Shown here in pieces: positions 21,572-32,361 of a DNA stretch of 55,714 nucleotides. Under the pieces are notes generated by a model. It had not been told where the DNA came from. It did no database searches and saw only the letters and a list, made by a program, of their open reading frames with translations. The DNA is taken from contig CANQTQ010000006.1 of the NCBI GenBank assembly GCA_947626765.1, positions 1 to 55,714 on the forward strand. Reading direction: 5' to 3'. How positions within the stretch are numbered: position 1 is the first letter of the stretch; the number at the start of each line of letters is the position of its first letter. The stretch comes from an uncultured Clostridia bacterium (GTDB lineage Bacteria > Bacillota > Clostridia > TANB77 > CAG-508). The position numbers were made by a program, and so were the translations under genes.

Positions 21572-22462
21572 ATGACAGAAAGTAAGACAAATTATCAAAC
21601 AAATGAAAAAAAGCAAATATTACAACCAAAGAACGATGTAGTATTTCAAGCATTATTTACAAGAGGTAAAGAAAGCATAACTAAGGCATTAATAGAAGAC
21701 ATACTGAATATTAAAATACATAGCTTAGAGTTAGATAAAAGCAAAGATTTATTAAATGAAAATATTAAAGAAAAAAATGGCAGATTAGATTTAAGAGCAG
21801 TAATAAATGAAAACATAGAATGTGATATAGAAGTGCAGCTAACATCACATGAGAAAATGTTAGAAAGATTTTTGTACTATTGGTCAAAAATGTATGTAGC
21901 AAATTTGCAAATTGGAGAAAAATATAGAAGTTTAAGAAAAACAATAAGTATAATAATAGTAGATGATGAAATAAAAGAATTTAAAGAAATATCAAAAAGT
22001 CATACAAAATGGCAGATAAGAGAGGAAGAATATTTAAAAAAGATATTGACGCCATATTTACAGATTGATATAATTGAACTACCAAAGGCTATAAAAGAAT
22101 ATGAAAGAAATAGAAAAAACGAAATGCTACAATGGATGATGTTTTTGGAAAATCCAGAAAATAGGGAGGTAGCAAAGATAATGGAGAATAATGAGAATAT
22201 AAAAGAGGCAAAAGAAGAGTTAGACAAAATAAGTCAAGATGATATTCTAAGAAGAATGGCATTAAAAGCAGAGATACAAAGAATGGATCAAGAAGAGTTA
22301 ATGTACGAGGCAAGAAGAGATGGCAAAATAGAAGGACTTAAAGAAGGTGAACAAAAGGCAAAATTAGAAACTGCTAAAAAAATGCTATATAAAGGAATAG
22401 ATATTGAAACGATTATAGAAATAACTGGACTAACTAAAGAGGAAATTATAAGATTAAAATAA
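21572..22462 (+). CDS. Rpn family recombination-promoting nuclease / PD-(D/E)XK transposase-like protein
   Basis: PKNDVVFQALF, RLDLRA, DIEVQ, R.LYYWSKMY, C-terminal G...AKKML...ITGL; ATG 21572 after AAGGAG. Confidence 0.88.
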   Translation: MTESKTNYQTNEKKQILQPKNDVVFQALFTRGKESITKALIEDILNIKIHSLELDKSKDLLNENIKEKNGRLDLRAVINENIECDIEVQLTSHEKMLERFLYYWSKMYVANLQIGEKYRSLRKTISIIIVDDEIKEFKEISKSHTKWQIREEEYLKKILTPYLQIDIIELPKAIKEYERNRKNEMLQWMMFLENPENREVAKIMENNENIKEAKEELDKISQDDILRRMALKAEIQRMDQEELMYEARRDGKIEGLKEGEQKAKLETAKKMLYKGIDIETIIEITGLTKEEIIRLK

Positions 22463-22545
22463 TAAGATATTGAGGATGGCATAAAAAAGTGGTTCTTCGT
22501 CAAATTAATGACAAAGAATCACTTAATAGATTTAGCTTTTTTAGT

Positions 22546-22749
22546 TTATTGACTTAAAACCAGCTTTTTTGTTTTTCCATTTCTTTTACTATTTTTAGGT
22601 ATTCTAATTTGTGTACTGTAATACTGAGCTATTAACTCGTCTAGTTCTATGCTTATTTGATAGGTAATGTCATAATCATTTCCATTAATTATACTTTGGT
22701 TTAATTTTTCTCTTAGTTTACAAATTTCATCATTTAACATATATTCCAC
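22546..22749 (-). CDS. Spo0E-family aspartyl-phosphate phosphatase
   Basis: I..LREKL...ISIELDELIAQYY resembles the Spo0E SQELD motif. Confidence 0.7.
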   Translation of the reverse strand: MEYMLNDEICKLREKLNQSIINGNDYDITYQISIELDELIAQYYSTQIRIPKNSKRNGKTKKLVLSQ

Positions 22750-23062
22750 TCTCCTTTTTCTTCTTTTTATCTTTTGTATATTTTTAAAATACCATATTTT
22801 TACATATTAGTCAATGTTTTTTCTTAGTATTTGTAGTATTTTGCTAGTTTTTCGTATGTCATATTTCTTCTTTTTTTACTATAATTCGACATAAAATTAC
22901 ATAGACTTTTATATTTATTTATTTTTCTGTAAAATATGTCTTAAATTTCTTTATAAAAAATACCAAATAATGCTTTTGCACTATTTGGTGTTTTTTTATT
23001 AATATTTATTGTTAATTATAAATTTTAAATTAATAACTCTATAAATTAGCTTTATAAATATT

Positions 23063-24343
23063 TTAATTTTGTATTGGATTTACTACTGATAATATTTCAT
23101 TTTCTTCCTTGAATACTGATTTTAATATTTCTTGTGTATATTCTTTTGTTACTGTTTCAAATTGTTCTATATAGTCAAATGTTTGCACCCCTTTTATGGT
23201 ATCTGCTAAAAACATTCTAGCAATATCTCCAACACTATTATATTCTACTACATAATCTCCATAAACTTTTCTTCTAATACGTTCAAAATGTTCTTCATCT
23301 AATCCATTTTCCTTCATTTGTTTTATAGTTTCTAAAATTCCTTGTTCTATTTTTTTAGGGTCTTTTGAAGTTCCAGATATTAAAATATGTGCATATTCAT
23401 TGCTAAATTCATAGTCTAAGCTTGGCTCAGATAAAAGTAAACCTTCTTTATAGAATTTTGCATATAATTTTGAACTTTTTCCTATAATCATATTTAATAG
23501 TATTTCTATTGCAATATGTTTTTTTACTTTTTCTTCTTTACTATTTTGCATGTCTTTAAAGCCTAGCATAAATATTGGTACACTAACTTCCATTTGTGCA
23601 GTTTCATATTTTTTATTTATTTTATCTTCTTTTTGTGGATAAATTCTTTTTATTTCTCCTTGATTTTCTTTTGGAAGTAAACGTTTTTTTATTTCTTCTA
23701 TTAGGTTTTCTGGAATGAAGTCTCCACATACTACCATTATCATATTTGATGGGTGGTAAAATGTGTTATAGCATTTATATAATACATCTGGCGTAATTTT
23801 GCTAATTGATTCTATTGTTCCTGCTATGTCTATTTTTATTGGGTTTTCTTTGTACATACAATTCATTGCATTAATATATAATTTCCATGATGGGTCATCA
23901 TCATACATATTAATTTCTTGCCCAATAATTCCTTTTTCTTTTTCAACATTTTCGTCTGTAAAATATGGATGCTGCACATAGTCCATTAGTTCATTTAAGC
24001 CTTCTTCAAAGTGATTTGTGCATTCAAAAAGATATGCAGTATGGTCATTTGTAGTATAGGCATTTGCATCAATTCCTAATGCCATTAAAGTATCTAAGCT
24101 ATTTGTTCCATTAGGTTGCTCAAACATTTTGTGTTCTAAAAAGTGTGCTACGCCATCTGGTATAAATACTTCTTCTTCTGTTTTTGGCATTATAAATCTA
24201 TTATCTATAGAGCCAAAATGTGTTCCCCAAATTATATATTTTTTCTTTGTATTTTTTTTAGGAACAATAATTACAGTTAAACCATTTTCTAATTGTTCTA
24301 CATATGCTTTTTCTTTAATTTTTGAGCTTTCTATAATTTTCAT
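23063..24343 (-). CDS. ymfH: M16 family zinc peptidase (YmfH-like)
   Basis: PDGVAHFLEHKMF (HxxEH), NAYT, EKEKGIIGQEI. Confidence 0.85.
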   Translation of the reverse strand: MKIIESSKIKEKAYVEQLENGLTVIIVPKKNTKKKYIIWGTHFGSIDNRFIMPKTEEEVFIPDGVAHFLEHKMFEQPNGTNSLDTLMALGIDANAYTTNDHTAYLFECTNHFEEGLNELMDYVQHPYFTDENVEKEKGIIGQEINMYDDDPSWKLYINAMNCMYKENPIKIDIAGTIESISKITPDVLYKCYNTFYHPSNMIMVVCGDFIPENLIEEIKKRLLPKENQGEIKRIYPQKEDKINKKYETAQMEVSVPIFMLGFKDMQNSKEEKVKKHIAIEILLNMIIGKSSKLYAKFYKEGLLLSEPSLDYEFSNEYAHILISGTSKDPKKIEQGILETIKQMKENGLDEEHFERIRRKVYGDYVVEYNSVGDIARMFLADTIKGVQTFDYIEQFETVTKEYTQEILKSVFKEENEILSVVNPIQN

Positions 24344-24357
24344 TATTTCCTCCTTAA

Positions 24358-25629
24358 TTAATCTTTTAAGAAATAAATTGTATTTATATTAACTGTTTTT
24401 GCTAAATTAACTATTTGCTCTTTGTTTACTTCTTTTATTTTATTTATATATTCTTCTATGCTAATAAAACGGTCTGCTAATTCTTGCCCATAGTAATAGG
24501 TTATTTCAGTGTCTTGTTCTTCTGTAATTCCTTCTACTGATGATAAAATTAATTCTTTACTATTTTTTATATCTTCTTGTGTAAAATTTCCATTTTCCAT
24601 TTCTTTTAATTGATCTTTTATTGTATCTAATGCTTTTTGATAGTTTTTAATCTCTATTCCGCATCTTATAAATATACTATTTTTAACTCTAATATAACCA
24701 GAGTTTGCAGTATATGCTAAGCTTTGTTTTTCGCGTACATTTTGAAATAGCTTTGAGTTTGCTCCTCCACCTAAAATTGCATTATATACTGATGCGATAA
24801 ATCTAGAGTTTTCTTCTGTGTTATTAATATCTAGTCCTAATACTAATTTTCCTTGTGTTACTTGCATACTTTCTTCTACTACTTTTGGCTCTTGCTTTTC
24901 CTTAATTTCAGTTGTTTCGTTGTTTACAATATATTCTGGATTTCTTTCTTGCAATTTTTGAATATTTTCATTTTTGCTTAAAATTTCTTTTATATCATTA
25001 TTAATTATTCCTGAGCAGAATAAATCTATTTTACATTTCTGAATTAGATTTTGATAATAATTATATAACTCTTCAGGAGTAATTTTTTCTAAGTCCTCTA
25101 TATAGCCATATTTATATAGTCCATATGGTTTATCTTTAAACATTTCTTCTATACATCTATCATAAGAATATTTATTTTTATTATCAATTTTAGCTTCTAT
25201 TATTTGTTTTAAGTTTTGTTTTTCACTTTCTACATATTCGGGTTTAAAGCAACCATTTTCTGTATATGGATTAAATATTATATCTAATAAAATATTTATA
25301 CTTTCTTCTACTAATTTTTCTGGTTTTGGTAAAAATTCTTCACTTAGAGTTTCTAGGTAAAATTTCATTATATGATTATCCCCTGTTTTTTCAACACCAC
25401 AATCAAAGCTTGCACCGTACATCATTTCTAATTTTTGACTAATCTGCTCTTGAGTAGGTAAATTTTTTGTACCTCTTCTTAATACTGCTGTTAAAAGCGC
25501 ATCAAGGGTAACATTTTCTCTTTTTAATGGTGTAGCTAAAAAGATAGCATACAAGTTAGTTTTATAATTGTTTGTATTAATTTGATGAAGTGTAAGTGCA
25601 TTTTTTATTTGTTCTTTTTGATAATTCAT
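24358..25629 (-). CDS. ymfF: M16 family inactive peptidase subunit (YmfF-like)
   Basis: GGGANSKLFQNVREKQSLAY; paired with ymfH. Confidence 0.8.
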   Translation of the reverse strand: MNYQKEQIKNALTLHQINTNNYKTNLYAIFLATPLKRENVTLDALLTAVLRRGTKNLPTQEQISQKLEMMYGASFDCGVEKTGDNHIMKFYLETLSEEFLPKPEKLVEESINILLDIIFNPYTENGCFKPEYVESEKQNLKQIIEAKIDNKNKYSYDRCIEEMFKDKPYGLYKYGYIEDLEKITPEELYNYYQNLIQKCKIDLFCSGIINNDIKEILSKNENIQKLQERNPEYIVNNETTEIKEKQEPKVVEESMQVTQGKLVLGLDINNTEENSRFIASVYNAILGGGANSKLFQNVREKQSLAYTANSGYIRVKNSIFIRCGIEIKNYQKALDTIKDQLKEMENGNFTQEDIKNSKELILSSVEGITEEQDTEITYYYGQELADRFISIEEYINKIKEVNKEQIVNLAKTVNINTIYFLKD

Positions 25630-25768
25630 ATTTATTTATCTTCCTTCCTAAAGTTTGTTTTTTCTTATTATAATCTATTTTTGGAAAATTATTCAATAGT
25701 TTAAATACAAAAATATAGTGTTCTAAAAAGTAGAGATATATTTTTTTAGAACACTACATTTTTTATTA

Positions 25769-26209
25769 TTAACTTAGTAATTTTTTTGCAATTTCATTAA
25801 TAGTTTTGCCATCTGCTGATGCACCTAATTTTTCTTTTGATGTTTTCATTACCATTCCTATGTCTTTCATAGATGTAGCACCAATTTCATTTATAATTTG
25901 TTTTAATTTTTCTTCTATTTCTTCTGGTGATAGCATTTCTGGTAAATATTCTTCTAATATAGCAATTTCCTCTTTTATTTGAGATATTAAGTCTTCTCTT
26001 CCGCTTTTTTCGTAGTCTGGAATTGAGTCTCTTCTTTTTTTAGCTTCTTTTGCAATGATTTCTACAATTTGTTGATCTGTTACTTCTATTTGCTTATCTT
26101 TTTCTACTTGTAAGATAGCTGCTCTTACCATTTGAACTACATTTTTTCTAAGTTCATTTTTTTCTTTCATTGAATTTTTTAAGTCTTCTAACAATTTTTC
26201 TTTTAACAT
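25769..26209 (-). CDS. yqeY: GatB/YqeY domain protein
   Basis: LKEKLLEDLKNSMK...EIAILEEYLP...DIGMVMK; follows rpsU. Confidence 0.9.
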   Translation of the reverse strand: MLKEKLLEDLKNSMKEKNELRKNVVQMVRAAILQVEKDKQIEVTDQQIVEIIAKEAKKRRDSIPDYEKSGREDLISQIKEEIAILEEYLPEMLSPEEIEEKLKQIINEIGATSMKDIGMVMKTSKEKLGASADGKTINEIAKKLLS

Positions 26210-26308
26210 AATTTTTCCTCCTTTTTAGAATACTATTTTATTAACATGTGTCCCAAAAGTGACAAAGTGTCGCCTGAACAAACGTCCCAACCGCGACAAA
26301 CAAAAAAA

Positions 26309-26327
26309 GGGATTAAACACTAATCCC
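26309..26327 (-). terminator. rpsU terminator
   Basis: GGGATTA-AACAC-TAATCCC stem with T7 run on minus strand. Confidence 0.65.
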
Positions 26328-26336
26328 CTTAATTTT

Positions 26337-26507
26337 TTAGAATTTTCTTTTTCTAGCTGCCTCTGATTTTTTCTTTCTTTTAACACTTGGTTTTTCATAG
26401 TGTTCTCTTTTTCTAACCTCTTGTAATACTCCATTTCTAGCGCATTGTCTTTTAAATCTTTTTAAGGCATCTTCTATATTTCCATTATTAACTTTAACTT
26501 CTGACAT
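26337..26507 (-). CDS. rpsU: 30S ribosomal protein S21 (not in ORF track)
   Basis: Manual translation [56 protein letters not shown]; strong RBS. Confidence 0.96.
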   Translation of the reverse strand: MSEVKVNNGNIEDALKRFKRQCARNGVLQEVRKREHYEKPSVKRKKKSEAARKRKF

Positions 26508-26624
26508 TTTTATTTCCCCTCCCTTCAGTAATTACACTCTTACGTGTGGGATTTTATTTTTGTTTTCTCATACATATTATATTATAACTGCCTAGATTAT
26601 TTTTGTCAATACTTTGATTGGGAA

Positions 26625-27572
26625 TTATTTGTCAAATTCAAATAAGTCTCCTAATGGTTTTGCTTCGTTTATACGTTTTATTGCTTCTGCAAATAGTGGT
26701 GCAATTGACAATATTTTTATTTTTGAAATTTGTTTTTCTTCTGTTAATGGAACTGTATTTGTAACTACTAATTCTTTAATTGGTGAATTTTTTATTCTTT
26801 CTATTGCTGGTCCACACAAAACTCCATGTGTACATGCTGCATAAATTTCACCTGCTCCATGTTCCTGCAATATTTTTGCTGCTTCTACCATTGTTCCAGC
26901 TGTACTTACTTCATCATCAAATATAAGTGCAGTTTTTCCTTTTACATCTCCTATAATGTTTGCAGCTACTGCTTTATCATCATTTCCTGCTCTTCTTTTA
27001 TCTATTAATGCCATTGGACAATTAAAATATTTTGAATATTTATATGCTTTTTTTGAACTTCCTGCATCTGTTGCTACTACTACTTTATTTTCAATTTGTT
27101 TTGAATCAAAATATGCTTGTAATATATGTTGTCCAGTTATTCTATCACATGGTATGTTAAAATATGCTTGAATTGCTGGATTATGCAAGTCACATGTTAT
27201 TACTCTATTTGCTCCTGCTGCTTCTAAAATTTCTGCAAATAGCCTTGCTGTTACTGGTATACGTGGTTGGTCTTTTTTATCTGATCTTGAATAAATAAAA
27301 TATGGAAGAACTACATTTATTCTATGTGCTGATGCTCTTTTAGCTGCATCTATCATAATTAATAGCTCCATTATTCTTTCATTTACTGGTGGCTGCGTTG
27401 TTTGAACTAAAAATATATCTTGTTCTCTAACAGATTCTTTGTACTGTACAAAACTATTATCATTAGCAAACTTATAACATTCTACTTCTCCCATTGGTAC
27501 ATCTAGTGATTCACAAATTTCTTTAGTAAATTCTTCAGCTGTTGGACATGCAAAAATTTTTACATTATTCAT
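26625..27572 (-). CDS. prs: Ribose-phosphate pyrophosphokinase
   Basis: ELLIMIDAAKRASA, YSRSDKKD, DLH, FDDEVSTAGT, THGV motifs. Confidence 0.95.
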   Translation of the reverse strand: MNNVKIFACPTAEEFTKEICESLDVPMGEVECYKFANDNSFVQYKESVREQDIFLVQTTQPPVNERIMELLIMIDAAKRASAHRINVVLPYFIYSRSDKKDQPRIPVTARLFAEILEAAGANRVITCDLHNPAIQAYFNIPCDRITGQHILQAYFDSKQIENKVVVATDAGSSKKAYKYSKYFNCPMALIDKRRAGNDDKAVAANIIGDVKGKTALIFDDEVSTAGTMVEAAKILQEHGAGEIYAACTHGVLCGPAIERIKNSPIKELVVTNTVPLTEEKQISKIKILSIAPLFAEAIKRINEAKPLGDLFEFDK

Positions 27573-27672
27573 TTTTCTTTTCTCCTTTTTTATTAATTTT
27601 TATAAAATTAAAACTACTTTGAAAACAACTAAAGTTATTAACAAACATTTAGTTTCAAAGTAGTTTTTATAT

Positions 27673-28173
27673 TTAGTTTATATTTTTTATTTCTACAATT
27701 TTATTTTCTTTTAAACTTTTTTGTACATCTATTACTCTTTGATTTGAAGAACCACTATATTTTAGTCTTGGGTCTTTTAGTTCTTCTACAAATTGTCCAT
27801 CTACTAATACATCTATGTATTTTAATACTTCTTTATCTTTTAAATCTCTATCAAATAAAAATCCTGTCCATGTCCATATTGTTTTGTTTGGATATTTTTC
27901 TTTAAACTCTTTGGCAAGTTTTGTTGTCCCTTCTATATTGTTTGGATGCATTGGTTCTCCACCTAATATTGATAAGCCAACTATACTGTCATCTTTGCAT
28001 AGTTCTAATACTTCTTGTATTACATTATCATTGAATTCTTTTCCACCATTAAAGTCATGTGTTTCTGGGTTAAAACATTCTTTACAATTAAATGTGCAAC
28101 CTTGCATAAATATTGAAACTCTAACTCCTGGTCCATTTGAAATATCCATTTTTCTAATTTTGTTATATCTCAT
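27673..28173 (-). CDS. nrdG: Anaerobic ribonucleotide reductase activating protein
   Basis: NGPGVRVSIF, CTFNCKEC (radical SAM), LGGEP, GSSNQR. Confidence 0.95.
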   Translation of the reverse strand: MRYNKIRKMDISNGPGVRVSIFMQGCTFNCKECFNPETHDFNGGKEFNDNVIQEVLELCKDDSIVGLSILGGEPMHPNNIEGTTKLAKEFKEKYPNKTIWTWTGFLFDRDLKDKEVLKYIDVLVDGQFVEELKDPRLKYSGSSNQRVIDVQKSLKENKIVEIKNIN

Positions 28174-28277
28174 TTTATTTTCCCCTTTTGCAGTTTAATT
28201 AGTAAAACAAAAATATAGTAATTCTTTTTTTACTTGAATTTACTATATTTTTTGTTTTTAAATTCTAAAATAGCTTA

Positions 28278-30509
28278 TTATACTGCTTGTTTAGCTACTA
28301 CTTCATTTGGCATTTGTGCATCTTTATTATCTATGTGTAATACTCTTTCTTTTATTTCTTGTGTTCTTCCTTTATTCCAGAACTGGCTTCCAATATAACC
28401 ACAAGTTCTTCTTGCTACATTTAATGTATCATGGTCTCTGTTTCCACAGTTTGGGCAATACCATTCTAGATTTTCATCTATTAGAATTTCACCATCAAAT
28501 CCACATTTTTGGCAATAGTCTGATTTTGTATTTAATTCTGCATACATAATATTATCATATATAAATTTTATAACTTCTAATACTGCTTCAATGTTGTTTT
28601 GTAAGTTAGGTGTTTCTACATAAGATATTGCTCCACCTGGGCTTAAACGTTGGAATTCGCTTTCTAGTTTTAGTTTAGAGAAAGCATCAATTTCTTCAAA
28701 TACTGGTACATGATATGAGTTTGTAATATATCCTCTATCTGTAATTCCTTCAATTTTTCCAAATCTTTTTTGTAAGCATTTTGCAAATTTATATGTTGTA
28801 GATTCGATTGGTGTACCATATACACTATAATCTATTTTTTCTGCTTCTTTCCATTCTTTACATTTATCATTTAATTTTTGCATTACTTTAAGTGCAAATT
28901 CTTTTCCTGATCCATTATCTGTATGGCTATTTCCTGTCATGTATTTTACGCATTCATAAAGTCCTGCATATCCAAGTGAAATTGTTGAATAACCATCATG
29001 TAATAATTTGTGAATGCTTTCACCTTTTTTAAGTCTTGCTAAGGCTCCATGTTGCCATAAAATTGGTGCAACATCACTTGTAACTTTGCTTAGTCTTTCA
29101 TGTCTAGCTTGAAGTGCTCTATGGCATAATTCTAATCTTTCTTCAAAGATTTCCCAGAATTTATCAAAGTCTTGTTTTGAAGATAATGCAACATCAACTA
29201 AATTAATAGTTACAACACCTTGATTAAATCTTCCATAGTATTTTGGTTTATTAGTTTCTGGGTCAACATATGGTGTTAGGAATGAACGGCATCCCATACA
29301 AGGATAACAGTTTCCATTACCATTTTTGTCTATTTTATATTCTAACATTTTCTTTTCTGAAATGTAGTCTGGTACTAATCTTTTTGCAGTACATTTTGCT
29401 GCAAGTTCTGTTAAATACCAATACTTGCTGTCTTCTGTGATGTTATCTGGTTCTAGTACATATAATAGTTTTGGGAACGCTGGTGTAATATATACACCTT
29501 TTTCATTTTTAAACCCTTCCATTCTTTGTTTTAAGAATTCTTCTATTATCATAGCTAGTTCTTCTTTATATTCTTCTGTTTCGCCTAAGTACATGCAAAC
29601 AGATAGAAATGGTGCCTGTCCATTTGTATTTGTCATAGAGTTTACTTGGTAATTAAATGTTTGTACACCGTCTGATACTTCTTTTTTAGTATCTTGCTTA
29701 GCATATTCTGTACATTGCATTTCTGTTAAGCCTCTATCTTTGTATTTTTTGTAGTATTTATCATAACTGCTTTTTACAAATGGTGCTAAATGAGCAAGAG
29801 ATACTGTTGCGCCACCATAAGTTGATGATGTTACACCTAAAATAATTTGTGTTGCTATTGTCATTGCTGTTAAAAATCTATGTGGCTTTTCTATCATAAC
29901 TCCATTCATTATAGTGCCATTTTGTAGCATATCTTCTAAGTTAATAAGCTCACAGTTTGTTAAAGCATTTTGAGCAAAATAGTCTGCATCATGGAAGTGA
30001 ATAATGCCTTCGTCATGTGCTTCTACAACATCTTTTGGAAGTAGAAATCTTCTAGTAATATCTGTACTAGTAATTCCTGCTAAGTAATCTCTTTGTGTTG
30101 TAACAACTCTTGCATTTTTGTTAGAGTTTTCATTATTCCAATAATCACTTTCTCCATCTATTAATTCTTTAATAGATTGGTCTGTAGTGTTTGCTTTTCT
30201 AATTAATGCTCTAGTATAACGGTATGTAATATATTTTTTAGCAAGAGAATATTTATCTAGTTCCATTAATTTTTCTTCTATAATGTCTTGAATGTCTTCT
30301 ACTAGAATTCTTTTTTTATCTAAACTTTCAACATAATCAATAATTTCATTAATATTTTCTTTACTTGCTCTTTCTTTTGGCTTTACTTCTGCATTTGCTT
30401 TATTAATAGCTGCAGAAATTTTTTCTCTATCGAACTCAACTGTTTTTCCATCTCTTTTTATTACTTCCATTTTTGTACCCCCTATTTGCTGGCTATTTTT
30501 ATTTGCCAT
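28278..30509 (-). CDS. nrdD: Anaerobic ribonucleoside-triphosphate reductase with ATP cone
   Basis: VIKRDG ATP cone, MGCRSFL, Zn CxxC pairs, RTCGYIG glycyl-radical motif. Confidence 0.96.
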   Translation of the reverse strand: MANKNSQQIGGTKMEVIKRDGKTVEFDREKISAAINKANAEVKPKERASKENINEIIDYVESLDKKRILVEDIQDIIEEKLMELDKYSLAKKYITYRYTRALIRKANTTDQSIKELIDGESDYWNNENSNKNARVVTTQRDYLAGITSTDITRRFLLPKDVVEAHDEGIIHFHDADYFAQNALTNCELINLEDMLQNGTIMNGVMIEKPHRFLTAMTIATQIILGVTSSTYGGATVSLAHLAPFVKSSYDKYYKKYKDRGLTEMQCTEYAKQDTKKEVSDGVQTFNYQVNSMTNTNGQAPFLSVCMYLGETEEYKEELAMIIEEFLKQRMEGFKNEKGVYITPAFPKLLYVLEPDNITEDSKYWYLTELAAKCTAKRLVPDYISEKKMLEYKIDKNGNGNCYPCMGCRSFLTPYVDPETNKPKYYGRFNQGVVTINLVDVALSSKQDFDKFWEIFEERLELCHRALQARHERLSKVTSDVAPILWQHGALARLKKGESIHKLLHDGYSTISLGYAGLYECVKYMTGNSHTDNGSGKEFALKVMQKLNDKCKEWKEAEKIDYSVYGTPIESTTYKFAKCLQKRFGKIEGITDRGYITNSYHVPVFEEIDAFSKLKLESEFQRLSPGGAISYVETPNLQNNIEAVLEVIKFIYDNIMYAELNTKSDYCQKCGFDGEILIDENLEWYCPNCGNRDHDTLNVARRTCGYIGSQFWNKGRTQEIKERVLHIDNKDAQMPNEVVAKQAV

Positions 30510-31171
30510 TTTTCCCCTTTCATTTATTGGTTATTTTAATATTAATCTAAGATTTAAATAATGTCAAACTCGCAGTTTTTATGTAGTCATTGCCATTTTT
30601 TCGCTATTTTTAGCGGGTTTGAATTTGTTGACTTTAAAGTATTAACTTGCTTTTCAGTCAATATTTAAGTTGTTTTTAACACAATTACTATGTATTTTTT
30701 TTGTGTTAAATAAATATTACAATTTTATTACATTTTTGTCATAAACATAGTATTTTAGGTCTTATATTCCATTTTTTCCTATTAAGAATTTACTGTTTTT
30801 ATTGATAAATACGCAAAAATTCGCTTTTAAGTTTTGAAAAATTTCCTTAAAAATATTTTTTAAAATTTGAATAGTTTTCAAAAAATCATTTTTTAAAAAA
30901 TATTGGTTTTTTGTAAAATTTCTTTTTGATTGTTTTAGTGTATATATTTATATTACTACATTTTGTTGTTTTTGTCTATATTAAAATTAAGTAAAAAATA
31001 TTAAATTTTATAAAAATCATTTTTTATTTTTTAAAAATTTTTATATAATTTTTTAAGTGGATTTTGTTTCAAATTTCGTCGTTGACTTTTTGTTTATGTT
31101 TAAAATAAAGATATATTGAATAAATTAATTAAAATTATTCATTATACCTTTATTTTTTACATATTTAATAA

Positions 31172-32215
31172 TTATTTAATAGTTTCAATTGCTTTTTGTG
31201 TAAAGCTATTGTTTATTATTTTATTGTAGTCTGCTTCTTTTTCTAATTCTCCTGCTTCTTTCATTACTGTTTGAAGTAAGTTAAATGATTCTTCTTTTAG
31301 TACTGGTGTATCGCTCCAAGCGTCTATGTCCATATAACTTTGAATAGAAGCTGTAAGCATATCTAAATCTGTGTCTGGGAAGAATTCTGTAATAACTTCT
31401 GCAATTTCAGCTGCAGTATGTTCTTTTACCCATTTTTGTCCTTTATAAATTGCATTTGTAAAACCTTGTATTATATCTGGGTTTTCTTCTATATAGCTTT
31501 TATTTGCAAAATATGCAGTATATGGTATTTCTCCTGCTGCTTCTCCAACAGATGCTACTATATAGCCTGCTCCTGCTGCTTCTGTCATTGATGCTGTTGG
31601 TTCAAATAGTGTTACATATTCAGCGTTTCCACCTGCAAATGCTCCTGCCATTAAATCAAAGCTTATACTATCATCTAATACTAAATCTTTTTGTGGGTCA
31701 ATTCCATTTTGTTTTAGAACATATTCAAATGTCATGTATGGAACTCCACCTTTTCTGCCTGGTATTACTGTTTTTCCTTTTAAGTCTTGCCAACTAAAGT
31801 TATCTGTTTTATCTCTGCTTACTAAAAATGAACCATCTCTTTGTGTCATTTGTGCAAATACTTGTGCATAATTTTCTTTACCTTCATTATATATATATAT
31901 TGATGCTTCTGGTCCAGCAAACCCAATATCACTTTGACCTGATATAACTGCTGTCATTACTTTATCTGCTCCTTGACCAGTTGTTAGTTCAATATTTAAG
32001 CCTTCTTCTTCAAAAAATCCTTGACTTATTGCAACATATTGCGGTGCATAGAATACAGAACGTGTTACTTCGTTTACTTGAATTGTTTTTATTTCTTGTA
32101 CTGGATTTTCACTTCCAGATGCAGTACTTTCTCCTCTTTTGTTTAATAATAAGTAAGTAGTAATTCCTACTGCTACTACTATAATAGCTAATAATACAAT
32201 AAGATATTTTTTCAT
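31172..32215 (-). CDS. NitT/TauT-family ABC transporter substrate-binding protein
   Basis: EVTRSVFYAPQYVA, GFAGPEA, GRKGGVP motifs. Confidence 0.85.
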   Translation of the reverse strand: MKKYLIVLLAIIVVAVGITTYLLLNKRGESTASGSENPVQEIKTIQVNEVTRSVFYAPQYVAISQGFFEEEGLNIELTTGQGADKVMTAVISGQSDIGFAGPEASIYIYNEGKENYAQVFAQMTQRDGSFLVSRDKTDNFSWQDLKGKTVIPGRKGGVPYMTFEYVLKQNGIDPQKDLVLDDSISFDLMAGAFAGGNAEYVTLFEPTASMTEAAGAGYIVASVGEAAGEIPYTAYFANKSYIEENPDIIQGFTNAIYKGQKWVKEHTAAEIAEVITEFFPDTDLDMLTASIQSYMDIDAWSDTPVLKEESFNLLQTVMKEAGELEKEADYNKIINNSFTQKAIETIK

Positions 32216-32361
32216 TTTTTCCTCCTGCTTCTAAAGTTCATGTCAAAGGAGATTTAAAAAAAGTATTTTGACATGTTATTTTTTTATTTTCTTACCATTT
32301 AAGATACTTTTTCTCCCTTAAATGTTTTTTTATCTATTATTTTTATCTTTTTTATTGCAAA

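Noticed and set aside
26225-26434. 69-aa ORF in the track (MEYYKRLEK...)
   Set aside because: Alternative-frame shadow of rpsU (26337-26507).
30510-31170. Long AT-rich leader upstream of nrdD as riboswitch or NrdR-box region
   Set aside because: No recognisable riboswitch core; NrdR-like words (e.g. ~30954) are too degenerate to call in such AT-rich DNA.
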